Below are positions 9,071 to 17,495 of a stretch of DNA of 36,559 nucleotides, in pieces. The stretch is from an uncultured Acetobacteraceae bacterium (GTDB taxonomy: Bacteria; Pseudomonadota; Alphaproteobacteria; Acetobacterales; Acetobacteraceae), in contig CAXTNC010000006.1 of NCBI GenBank assembly GCA_964245495.1, positions 1-36,559 on the forward strand. Direction: 5' to 3'. Numbering within the stretch: the first letter of the stretch is position 1; every line of letters starts with the position of its first letter. The position numbers were made by a program, and so were the translations under genes. The notes beneath the pieces are model-generated. The model made no database searches. It was given only the letters and a program-made list of their open reading frames with translations, and was not told the origin of the DNA.

Positions 9071-10006
9071 ATGGCGCAGCACCACGAGATTCCCGCGACG
9101 CCGGACAACATGGTCCTGGGTTACCTGGACGCCGCCCGCCCGGCGGTGCTGACGGTCGACTCCGGCGACACGGTGAAGCTGCACTCCTTCCCGGCCGGCG
9201 GCATGGAGTGCCTGCCGGAGCTGTCGCGCGTCCCTGCCGATTACTTGGCGGCGCTGCGGGCGCTGCCGGCTGGTCCCGGCCCGCACTTCATCACCGGCCC
9301 GGTGTTTGTCCGCGGCGCGCAGCCCGGCGACACCCTCCAGGTGGACATCCTGGACGCAGCTCCCACGATGGATTGGGGCTTCGTCGCCATCTTGCCGCTG
9401 CTGGGCACCCTGCCGGACGAGTTCACGGACTACGAGACCATCCATCCTGCCATTGATCGCGCCCGCAGGGTCTGCGTGCTGCCCTGGGGGACCGAGCTGC
9501 AGCTGGACCCGTTCTTCGGCATCATCGGCGTGGCCCCGCCCAAGGCCTGGGGCCGTTGCGGCTCCCCGGTGCCGCGCGCCTTCGGCGGCAACATGGACAA
9601 CAAGGAGCTGAAGCCCGGCACGACGCTCTACCTGCCGGTGTTCAACGAGGGCGCCTTGTTCATGGCCGGCGACGGCCATGGTGTGCAGGGCGACGGCGAG
9701 GTGTGCATCACCGCCTTGGAAACCGGCCTGTCCGGCACCTTCCGCCTGACTGTGCGCCGTGACTTCCCGGTGGACTTCCCGTTCGCCGAGACGCCGACGC
9801 ACCTGATGTCCATCGGCCTCGACGAGGACCTGGACGACGCCGCCAAGCAGGCCGTGCGCGAGATGGTCAAGCACGTCTGCCGGCGCACCAACCTGTCGCG
9901 CAACCAGGCGTACATGCTTTGCTCGCTGACTGGCGACCTGAGGGTGACGCAAACCGTGGACGGCAACAAGGGCGTCCACATGCTGCTGGCCAAGGACAAG
10001 CTGTAG
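9071..10006 (+). CDS. Acetamidase/formamidase family protein
   Basis: HFITGPVFVRGAQPGD, FGGNMDNKEL, GDGHGVQGDGEVCITALE and AYMLCSL motifs. Confidence 0.9.
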   Translation: MAQHHEIPATPDNMVLGYLDAARPAVLTVDSGDTVKLHSFPAGGMECLPELSRVPADYLAALRALPAGPGPHFITGPVFVRGAQPGDTLQVDILDAAPTMDWGFVAILPLLGTLPDEFTDYETIHPAIDRARRVCVLPWGTELQLDPFFGIIGVAPPKAWGRCGSPVPRAFGGNMDNKELKPGTTLYLPVFNEGALFMAGDGHGVQGDGEVCITALETGLSGTFRLTVRRDFPVDFPFAETPTHLMSIGLDEDLDDAAKQAVREMVKHVCRRTNLSRNQAYMLCSLTGDLRVTQTVDGNKGVHMLLAKDKL

Positions 10007-10019
10007 GACCGCGCTGGCC

Positions 10020-10186
10020 CTGGCCGCCCTGGGCATCGACGCGCCTTTCCGTGCTGGACAGGCCGGTCGACGCCGTCAGCTTCCTGGCCTGCGGTCGGGC
10101 ACTGCCTGGCGCCCACGCTCAAGCCGGGCGGTGTGGCGGTCATGGACACTCCCAGCTCGTGCGCAGGCCCAGCGGTCCGGACCGCC
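10020..10186 (+). pseudogene. IS630-family transposase fragment (degraded)
   Basis: Joining frames gives LAALGIDAPF / VLDRPVDAVSFLA / CLAPTLKPGGVAVMDTPSSCAGPAVRTA, which resembles the IS630 segment IDAPxVLDGPINxxxFLAYV...LVPTLxPGDIVVMDNLSSHKxxAVR. It has frameshifts, no start and no termini. Confidence 0.7.
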
Positions 10187-10267
10187 CATGCCTGCGCGCC
10201 ACCGAGCACGAACGGCGCGGAGTTGCCTGCACCATAGGGACGCCAGGGCAGGAAGCCGTATGCCTTC

Positions 10268-10296
10268 TGGTTCATCCCCGCGGGTGCGGGGAACGC
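10268..10296 (-). CRISPR. Solitary type I-E CRISPR repeat (no array)
   Basis: The minus strand reads GCGTTCCCCGCACCCGCGGGGATGAACCA (29 nt), versus the canonical I-E repeat GTGTTCCCCGCACCCGCGGGGATGAACCG. The TCCCCGC/GCGGGGA hairpin is intact. There is no second repeat one spacer length away on either side. Confidence 0.85.
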
Positions 10297-10540
10297 GCAC
10301 TGGCCGGCCAGTGCTCAAGCGCCAGGGATTGGAAGGGGCGCGAGAACTTGCCGATATGGTGCAGGGCGACCAGGAAGCCCAGGGTTCGCCGGGGCAGGGC
10401 CATGGCGGTCGGATGCGGCAGCAGCATGGCCACGGCAGCCACGTCCAGGGAGTGCGCGGCAAGGGGATGCATCCGAGCGCTGCTGCGCTCAGCAGGGCGA
10501 GCCTTGCCCCAGAACCGTGCCCAAGGTGCGATCAGCTCAT
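10297..10540 (-). pseudogene. cas3: cas3 (type I-E) N-terminal HD nuclease fragment
   Basis: WARFWGKARP...MHPLAAHSLDVAAVA...LGFLVALHHIGKFSRPFQ...HWP matches the Cas3 HD start. HDIGK reads HHIGK (CAT codon at 10356-10358). The frame is truncated by the CRISPR repeat and has no clean start codon. Confidence 0.85.
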
Positions 10541-10957
10541 GACCCTCTGCGCTTGCTGCCCCATGCGGCCTGCCAGCACTCGCCTGACCTGCTCGGGCCG
10601 CCATTCCCCTTGCCGGCTGGCGTGGGCACGCCGCGGTCGGTGAGCGCCCCGGCCTCGCCGGCGCCCTCGACGACGTGCAGCAGGAAGCGCGCGTTGCGGG
10701 CCAGTTGGTCGAGCTTGGCGGTCGCCAGCGCCGCCGCAAGCTGCGGCCGGCCGTTCCTTTGGCCACTTTCCGCCTGCTCGAACTCGGCCGTCACGTGCTT
10801 GGCCACCGCCGCGCCTGGGCGTCCAGGCCCAGCCCGGAGCGGCCTTGCCGGTCGGCGCTGACCCGGCAGCAGGCCACGCGACGAAGCGCAGCGCCGCAAC
10901 CGCCAGGCCCGGCACGGCCGCGCTCACGGGCGCCTGGGGCGGAAAGGGATGGGCCAT
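10532..10957 (-). pseudogene. Serine recombinase (resolvase/integrase) pseudogene
   Basis: Across frameshifts: VACCRVSADRQGRSGLGLDAQ (cf. VAYYRVSTDRQGxSGLGLxAQ), AEFEQAESGQRNGRPQLAAAL, AKLDQLARNARFLL and ALTDRGVPTPAGKG / EWRPEQVRRVL. Large internal deletions. Confidence 0.85.
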
Positions 10958-11164
10958 GGGCCTGCTGCACTGCGGCTCAGAGCGCAGGGCAGCGCGCAAC
11001 GAAAACCAAACCCCCAGCTTCGGTCAGAAGCCGACCCGCAGGTTGCGCTGCCGCCGAACATCGGCTGCACGGTTGACCTCCGTTGCGAAGCCGAATAATT
11101 CCCGCTTCCTGGATCGCGCGGCGCAAGCCCTGGCGGTCCTGCTCTCACATCGAAGGACCCAACC

Positions 11165-12508
11165 ATGCGCCGCCCCAGCGGGGATGAAACCCGTGCCCGC
11201 GAACTGGCCATCGCGGCCGGCCTGGACCCGGACAGCCGCACGCCGCGGCCCGGCGAGGCGGAAGGCGGGCGCGGCTGGCCGGCCTGGTGCAACTTCCGCG
11301 ATGCGGCGAAGGCCGAGCGGTCGGCCGCCGCCATCGCGGCCGTCACGCTGCCGCCGCAGGCCATCGCGTACCGGGACGCGCCGTTGACCGTGTTCGGCAC
11401 GCACGACGAGGCGACGCTCGGCCAGATGCGCAACTGCCTCGGCGTGGGCAACGCCGTGGCCGGGGTGGTCTGCGCCGACGGGCACCTGGGCTATGCCCAG
11501 CCGGTCGGCGGCGTGATCGGCTATGAGCGGCAGATCAGCATCTCCGGCGTGGGCTTCGACATCGGATGCGGCAACATGGCCGTGCGGCTGGACACGCCGT
11601 TCGCAGCCCTGGCCGGCCGCGTGCCCGCCATCCTGGGAGACGTGCGCCGCGCCGTCTCGTTCGGCATGGGCCGCGCCAACGCCGAGCGCGCCCAGCACCC
11701 GGTGCTGGACGACGACGCGGCGTGGATAGCGAGCGGCATGATGGACTACCGGGGGAAGGCGGCGGCGCAGCTGGGCACGGTTGGCTCGGGCAACCATTAC
11801 GTGGACCTCATGGCGGACCAGGCCGGGTTCGTCTGGATCGGTGTGCATTTCGGCAGCCGCGGCCTGGGGCACACCTCCGCCACCCGCTACCTGAAGGCGG
11901 CGGGCGGCAAGGACGGCATGCACGTGCCGCCCGCCGTGGTGGACGAGGACGGCGAGCTGGGCCAGCGCTACATCGCCGCCATGGAGCTGGCCGGGCGCTA
12001 CGCCTACGCCGGGCGGGAGTGGGTGGTGGAGCGGGTGCGCCGGATCATCGGCGGCGCGGTGACGGACAGCGTGCACAACCACCACAACTACGCCTGGCGC
12101 GAGACGCATGGCGGGCGGAAGCTGTGGGTGGTGCGCAAGGGCGCCACGCCGGCCTGGCCCGGCCAGCGCGGTTTCGTGGGCGGCTCCATGGGCGACGATG
12201 CGGTGATCGTCGAAGGCATGGAGTCCGAGGCGTCCCGGGCCGCGCTGTACTCGACGGTGCACGGCGCAGGCCGGCTGTGGAGCCGGACGGCGGCCAAGCG
12301 CACCTTCACCCAGGCGCAGATGGACGCCTGGCTGCAGGAGCGCGGCGTGCTGCTGGCCGGCGGCGACCTGGACGAAAGCCCGATGGCCTACCGCCGCCTG
12401 CCTGACGTGCTGGCGGAGCACGCCGGCACGGTGCGGGTGCTGCACACGCTGCGGCCGTTCGCGGTGGCCATGGCGGGGGATGGCGAGTTCGACCCGTTCA
12501 AGGATTGA
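11165..12508 (+). CDS. rtcB: RtcB-family RNA ligase with ~70-aa N-terminal extension
   Basis: ADGHLGY, GFDIGCG, QLGTVGSGNHY, VHFGSRG, HNHHNYA, RKGATPA, STVHGAGR and LDESPMAY are all intact. RBS GAAGGA. Confidence 0.92.
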   Translation: MRRPSGDETRARELAIAAGLDPDSRTPRPGEAEGGRGWPAWCNFRDAAKAERSAAAIAAVTLPPQAIAYRDAPLTVFGTHDEATLGQMRNCLGVGNAVAGVVCADGHLGYAQPVGGVIGYERQISISGVGFDIGCGNMAVRLDTPFAALAGRVPAILGDVRRAVSFGMGRANAERAQHPVLDDDAAWIASGMMDYRGKAAAQLGTVGSGNHYVDLMADQAGFVWIGVHFGSRGLGHTSATRYLKAAGGKDGMHVPPAVVDEDGELGQRYIAAMELAGRYAYAGREWVVERVRRIIGGAVTDSVHNHHNYAWRETHGGRKLWVVRKGATPAWPGQRGFVGGSMGDDAVIVEGMESEASRAALYSTVHGAGRLWSRTAAKRTFTQAQMDAWLQERGVLLAGGDLDESPMAYRRLPDVLAEHAGTVRVLHTLRPFAVAMAGDGEFDPFKD

Positions 12509-12580
12509 GCCTCGCTTTGCACCTGGTGGCCGCACCCCGCTGGGAGTAATCCGCAGAGTGCTGGTCGAAGGAGAGTCCTG

Positions 12581-15220
12581 ATGCGTGCTGCGCTGCTGGT
12601 TGCCACGTCGCTTGCCACTGCATGGGTCCTGGCCTTGCCGCACCGGGCCGGCGCCGAGGCCCCGTGGAGCCTGGCGACCACGCCGGGGCTGCTGCCCAAG
12701 ACGGTCGTGCCGTCCGCCTACCGGATCGACCTGGTTCCCGATCTCGGTCATCTCGCCTTCACTGGGCACGAGGAGGTCGAGATCGACGTGGGGGCGCCCG
12801 GCGACACGGTGGTGCTCAACCAGGCGGGACTGACCCTGTCCTCGGCCCGGCTGGAGAACGGCGCGGCGGCCGCGGTGACGAAGGACGAGGCGAACGAGAC
12901 GGCCACGCTGCGCTTCCCCGAGCCGGTCCCGGCCGGGCATCACACGCTGACCATCGACTACGCCGGGCCGATCCCGGAAACGCCGAACGGCATCTACCAC
13001 GACGACTACAAGACCCGCGACGGCGCGGCCCGGCGCATGCTTGTCACCCAGTTCGAGGTGGCGGACGCCCGCCGCATGTTTCCCGGCTGGGACGAGCCGG
13101 CCTTCAAGGCGACCTTCCAGCTTTCCGTGACGGTCCCGGCCGGCGACACGCCCGTGTCCAACATGCCGGCGGCGTCCGAAACCCCGGTCGGCACGGACGC
13201 GAAGCGCGTCATGTTCGCCGCCACGCCGCGCATGTCCACCTACCTGCTGGCGGTGGTGGCGGGCGACCTTGCCGCCCGCCACGCCTCCGCCGCCGGCACG
13301 GACATCGGCCTGCTGGCGCCCACGGGCACGGAAGCCCAGGGCGGCCCGGCGCTGGAGGCGGCGAGCGCCATCCTGCCGTACTACAACGACTACTTCGGCG
13401 TGCCATACCCGCTGCCGAAGCTCGACCTGATCGCCATCCCCGGCAACTACGCGGCGGGCGCCATGGAGAACTGGGGCGCCATCACCTACATCGACAACGC
13501 CCTGCTGTTCGACCCGGCGACCTCCGCGCCGCGCACGCGCGAGCTGATCTTCGAGGTGGTCGCCCACGAGATGGCCCATCAGTGGTCCGGCAACCTGGTG
13601 ACCATGGGCTGGTGGGACAACATCTGGCTGAACGAGGGCTTCGCCACCTGGATGGCCGACAAGGCCTCCGACCACTTCCATCCGGAGTGGGACATCTGGC
13701 CGCGCCAGCACGAGGAGCGGGAGCAGGCCATGGCGCAGGACGCCCAGCCGACCACCCACCCGATCCAGCAGGTCATCCACGACGTGAGCGAGGCGGGCAG
13801 CGCGTTCGACCGGATCAGCTACCAGAAAGGCGAGCAGGTCATCCGCATGGTCGAGGACTGGCTCGGCCCCGACGTGTTCCGTGACGGCATGCGCGGCTAC
13901 ATGAAGGCGCACGCCTACGGCAACACCACCAGCGCGGACCTGTGGGCGGCGCTGGCGGCGGCGTCGCATCAGGACGTGGCGGGCGTGGCCACCAGCTTCA
14001 CGGAGCAGCCGGGCGTGCCGCTGGTGCAGGTGTCCCGCGCCTGCGTGGACGGGCGCACGGCGCTCACGCTGACGCAGGACCGGTTCACGGTCAACGACCC
14101 GTCCCCGGCCGCGCTCGCCTGGCGCATCCCCGTCACGATCGGATCCCCGGGCGGGGACCCGCAGAAGATGATCCTGGCAGGCACGGCGATGCAGTCCTTC
14201 GACGGATGCGGCCAGCCGTTGAAGGCCAACCTGGGGGAGGACGGCTACTACCGCACCCAGTACGACGCTGCTTCCCTGGCCCTGCTGAAAGCCTCCTTCG
14301 CCACGCTCGGCGCCACCGACCAGGCCGACCTGCTGGGCGACCAGTTCGCCCTGTTCCGCGCCGGCCGCGCCGGCTTGGGCGACTACCTCGACCTGCTGAC
14401 GGCGCTGCAAGGCGCGCACGTGACCAGCAACGCGGTGTGGACCGACACCATCGACCACCTCCTGGACATCGACGCGCTGCTGCGGGGCGACGCCGGGCGG
14501 CCCGCCTTCCGCACTTTCGCCAACGCCCTGCTGGCCTCGGAGCTGACCCGCCTGGGCTGGGACGCGAAGCCCGGCGAAAGCTTCCTCGACGCCCTGCTGC
14601 GGCCGGCGCTGGTCGCGGCCCTGGGCAAGATGGAAGACCCGGCGGTCACCGCAGAGGCCAAGGCGCGCTTCGCCGCCTTCCAGGGGGACGGCCACGCCGT
14701 CGCGCCCGCGTTGCTCGACCCGGTGACCCGGATCGTCGGGATGCAGGCCGACCTTGCAACCTGGCAGGCCCTGCGCGGCCTTGGCGAAGCCGCGCCCGGC
14801 ACGGAGGAGAAGCTGCGCTACTTCGGCGCCATGGCCGCCGCGCACGACCCGGCGCTCATGCAGCGCAACATCGCCTTCGCCACCTCCGGCGCCGTCCCCA
14901 GGGGACGCATCCTGCAGTTCCTCAACATGGCGGCGACGCGCGGCGATGACCCGGACGCCTTCCTGCGCGCCGCGCTGCCGCAACTCGGCCCGGTGCGCGA
15001 CGCGCTCGGACCCACCGGAGAAAGCTACATGATGGGCGCAGTCTCCAGCGGGGCCAGCGACCCGGCGCTGGCCGCGGCGATCCTGGCCGACCCGGCCACC
15101 AAGAAATCCCGCGGCGCCACGCTGGACGCGGCGAAGGCGGCAGACCTGATGGCGACCACCGCGGCCCTGCGGGGCCGCACGGCCACGGAAGCGGCGGCCT
15201 GGCTGCAGCGGGCGAGGTGA
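12581..15220 (+). CDS. M1 family zinc aminopeptidase, exported, with ERAP1-like C-terminal domain
   Basis: Signal peptide; TQFE...ARRMFPGWDEP, GAMENWG, HEMAH...WLNEGFA and SYQKG motifs. Confidence 0.92.
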   Translation: MRAALLVATSLATAWVLALPHRAGAEAPWSLATTPGLLPKTVVPSAYRIDLVPDLGHLAFTGHEEVEIDVGAPGDTVVLNQAGLTLSSARLENGAAAAVTKDEANETATLRFPEPVPAGHHTLTIDYAGPIPETPNGIYHDDYKTRDGAARRMLVTQFEVADARRMFPGWDEPAFKATFQLSVTVPAGDTPVSNMPAASETPVGTDAKRVMFAATPRMSTYLLAVVAGDLAARHASAAGTDIGLLAPTGTEAQGGPALEAASAILPYYNDYFGVPYPLPKLDLIAIPGNYAAGAMENWGAITYIDNALLFDPATSAPRTRELIFEVVAHEMAHQWSGNLVTMGWWDNIWLNEGFATWMADKASDHFHPEWDIWPRQHEEREQAMAQDAQPTTHPIQQVIHDVSEAGSAFDRISYQKGEQVIRMVEDWLGPDVFRDGMRGYMKAHAYGNTTSADLWAALAAASHQDVAGVATSFTEQPGVPLVQVSRACVDGRTALTLTQDRFTVNDPSPAALAWRIPVTIGSPGGDPQKMILAGTAMQSFDGCGQPLKANLGEDGYYRTQYDAASLALLKASFATLGATDQADLLGDQFALFRAGRAGLGDYLDLLTALQGAHVTSNAVWTDTIDHLLDIDALLRGDAGRPAFRTFANALLASELTRLGWDAKPGESFLDALLRPALVAALGKMEDPAVTAEAKARFAAFQGDGHAVAPALLDPVTRIVGMQADLATWQALRGLGEAAPGTEEKLRYFGAMAAAHDPALMQRNIAFATSGAVPRGRILQFLNMAATRGDDPDAFLRAALPQLGPVRDALGPTGESYMMGAVSSGASDPALAAAILADPATKKSRGATLDAAKAADLMATTAALRGRTATEAAAWLQRAR

Positions 15221-15286
15221 CGCCAGCGGCCTCGCCACCGCCTGTGCCAGTCCGGCTCCGGCTTGACCTGGACGGCGGGCAGGCCT

Positions 15287-16462
15287 TCAGCCGTTGCCCC
15301 TTCGGAGCAGCGAGACGTAGTTCGCGACGGCCGAGCCGCCCATGTTGTAGACCGCGCCGATGTCGGCCCGGGGCAGCTGCATGGCTCCTGCCTCGCCGCT
15401 CAGCTGCATGGCGGCCATGACATGCATGGAAACGCCGGTCGCCCCCACTGGATGGCCCTTTGACTTGAGTCCGCCGGAGCGGTTCACCGGCAGCTTGCCA
15501 TCCCGTGTGGTCCAGCCTTCCAAGGCGGCGCGCCATCCTTGGCCGCGAGGGGCCAGGCCCATCGTCTCGTACTCGATGAGTTCGGCGATCGTGAAGCAGT
15601 CGTGCGTCTCGACGAACGAAACGTCCTGCAAGGCGACGCCGGCCGCCTCGAACGCCGCCGCCCAGGCCCGCTCGCCGCCCTCGAACCGCGTCATGTCCCG
15701 CTGCGACATGGGGAGGAGATCGTTGACCTGGCTGCAAGCCATGATGGTCACGGACTTGGGAAGGGCGCGCCCGACATCGTCGTTGCGCAGCACGAGCGCC
15801 GCCGCCCCGTCCGACACGGGCGAGCAATCGGTGCGCTTCAGCGGTGGCGCGACCAGCGGGTTCCTGTCGCTTTCCGTCCGGCAGAACTCATAGCCGAAAT
15901 CCTTGCGAAGATGCGCGAAGGGGTTGTCCATGCCGTTGCGGTGGTTCTTCGCCGCGATGGCGGCAAGGGCGTCGGACTGATCGCCGAAGCGCTGGAAGTA
16001 GCTTTGCGCGATCTGGCCGAACACGCCGGCGAAGCCGGCGGCGATGTTTCCCTCCTCGCGGCGGTAGCTGGCGCCCAGCAGGTGGTCGCCTGCCTCGGCG
16101 CCCGTCGCGGCCGTCATCTTCTCGGCGCCGATCACGAGCGCGAAACGCTCTCCGGCGGCGGCGAGGTGGTGGCGCGCCGCAAACAAGGCCGCGCTGCCCG
16201 AGGCGCAGGCGTTCTCGCAGCGCGTCGCCGGCTTGAACCGCAGCTCCGGCACGGATTGCAGCACCAGGGAGGAGGGGAAGTCCTGCTTGGAGAAGCCGCT
16301 GTTGAAGTTGCCCACGAAGACGGCGTCGATCTCGTCAGGCTCGATGCCGGCATCCTCGATCGCGCCGCGCGCAACGCGTTCGATCAGGCTTTCGACGTCG
16401 GGGTCGGGCAGCTTGCCGAACGGCGAATGCGCCCAGCCGACGATGGATTGGTTGATGGCCAT
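15287..16462 (-). CDS. Acetyl-CoA acetyltransferase / thiolase-like protein (SCP2-thiolase type)
   Basis: PATRCENACASGSAA, DCSPVSDGAAA, VETHDCFTIAE and SGGLKSKGHPVGATG. Start MAINQSIVGWAHSPFGK. Confidence 0.9.
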   Translation of the reverse strand: MAINQSIVGWAHSPFGKLPDPDVESLIERVARGAIEDAGIEPDEIDAVFVGNFNSGFSKQDFPSSLVLQSVPELRFKPATRCENACASGSAALFAARHHLAAAGERFALVIGAEKMTAATGAEAGDHLLGASYRREEGNIAAGFAGVFGQIAQSYFQRFGDQSDALAAIAAKNHRNGMDNPFAHLRKDFGYEFCRTESDRNPLVAPPLKRTDCSPVSDGAAALVLRNDDVGRALPKSVTIMACSQVNDLLPMSQRDMTRFEGGERAWAAAFEAAGVALQDVSFVETHDCFTIAELIEYETMGLAPRGQGWRAALEGWTTRDGKLPVNRSGGLKSKGHPVGATGVSMHVMAAMQLSGEAGAMQLPRADIGAVYNMGGSAVANYVSLLRRGNG

Positions 16463-16487
16463 GCTTCGTCCCCTGCCTTGTTGCTGG

Positions 16488-17495
16488 TCAGCCGCCGGCG
16501 CCGCGCTTGACGATCCTGTTGCGCAGGATGCCGATCTGCTCGACCTCCAATTCGACGACATCGCCGGGCGCCAGGAACTGCATGTGCTCGACGCCGCAGC
16601 CGTTTCCGACGGTGCCCGACCCCAGGAACTCTCCAGGCTCGAGGGTTTCGGAGCGGGAAACGTGGGCGATGCAATCCTCGAAGCGCCAAGCCATCTCGCC
16701 CGAGTTGCCGCGGCCCCGCTCCTCGCCGTTGACGCGGACGACCATGGCAAGGTTGTAGGGGTCGCTCAGCTCGTCGGCAGTTACCAGGCAAGGGCCCATG
16801 GCGTTGCCGCCGTCGAAATCCTTGCCTTTCCCTGGCCCAAGCTGCCCCGGCATGTCCTTAGTCTGCTCGTCACGGGCCGAGAAGTCGTTGAAGACCGTGT
16901 AGCCGAAGATATGCCCGCGCGCGTCGGACTTGCTGATACCGCGTCCGCCCGGTCCAATGTAGGCGCCGAACTCCAGCTCGTAGTCCATCATGGCGGAGTA
17001 GTCCGGCCAGACAACATCCTCGTCGTGGCCGACCACGTTCAGCCGGTTTGGATGGTAGAAGATGGGCCGTTCGTACCATGCCTTCGGGACGGACAGGATG
17101 CCGTCCCGCTCCATGTCGGCCAGCGCTGCCGCTGGATCGGCAAACTGCTTTGAACGCAGGATGCGGATTTGCTGGAATGCCTGCACGAGATGCTTCTCAA
17201 AGCACAGGAAGTCCCGCATCTGCGGTGGCCGCGGTATCGGCGCCAGCAGCTTGACGCCGGCGCGCGTGAGAATGTGCGGCCCAGATGCCGCTTGGGCGGC
17301 GGAGATCGTCTCAGCGGCGGCGTTCATCGCTTCCGCCCCGCCCTCGGCCATGGCCAGGATGCTCGCCAGGTGCGGCGACTGGCTCCTCCAACGCTCGATG
17401 AAGGCCTGCTGCAAATCGACCACTCGTTCATCGCCGTCGATGAGGGCGCCGGCAGCCGCTGGCCTGCCAGGCGCCTGAAACGTGACGAGCCTCAT
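16488..17495 (-). CDS. Fumarylacetoacetate hydrolase (FAH) family protein
   Basis: RDFLCFEKH, MDYELE, FGYTVFNDFSARD, GKGKDFD and LGSGTVGNGCG. ATGA overlap with tetR. Confidence 0.9.
   Translation of the reverse strand: MRLVTFQAPGRPAAAGALIDGDERVVDLQQAFIERWRSQSPHLASILAMAEGGAEAMNAAAETISAAQAASGPHILTRAGVKLLAPIPRPPQMRDFLCFEKHLVQAFQQIRILRSKQFADPAAALADMERDGILSVPKAWYERPIFYHPNRLNVVGHDEDVVWPDYSAMMDYELEFGAYIGPGGRGISKSDARGHIFGYTVFNDFSARDEQTKDMPGQLGPGKGKDFDGGNAMGPCLVTADELSDPYNLAMVVRVNGEERGRGNSGEMAWRFEDCIAHVSRSETLEPGEFLGSGTVGNGCGVEHMQFLAPGDVVELEVEQIGILRNRIVKRGAGG

Noticed and set aside
10200-10360. A true CRISPR array
   Set aside because: Only one repeat is present; the sequence one spacer length away on either side does not resemble it.
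10996-11070. tmRNA tag or guaA 3'-end att duplicate (reads NENQ.. and KPPAS..)
   Set aside because: No AA-stop tag ending and no TIEWE. The similarity is too short to support.
11163-11191. CRISPR-repeat-like string (CCGCCCCAGCGGGGATGAAACC) at the rtcB start
   Set aside because: Only about 20 of 29 bases match, the hairpin is broken, it is on the opposite strand and it lies in coding sequence. Likely chance in GC-rich DNA.
11024-15238. 1404-aa minus-strand ORF, and similar long ORFs at 2298-4904, 23696-26722 and 7492-9111
   Set aside because: These are antisense or off-frame shadows of well-supported genes in high-GC DNA. They are Arg/Gly/Ala-rich and have no motifs.
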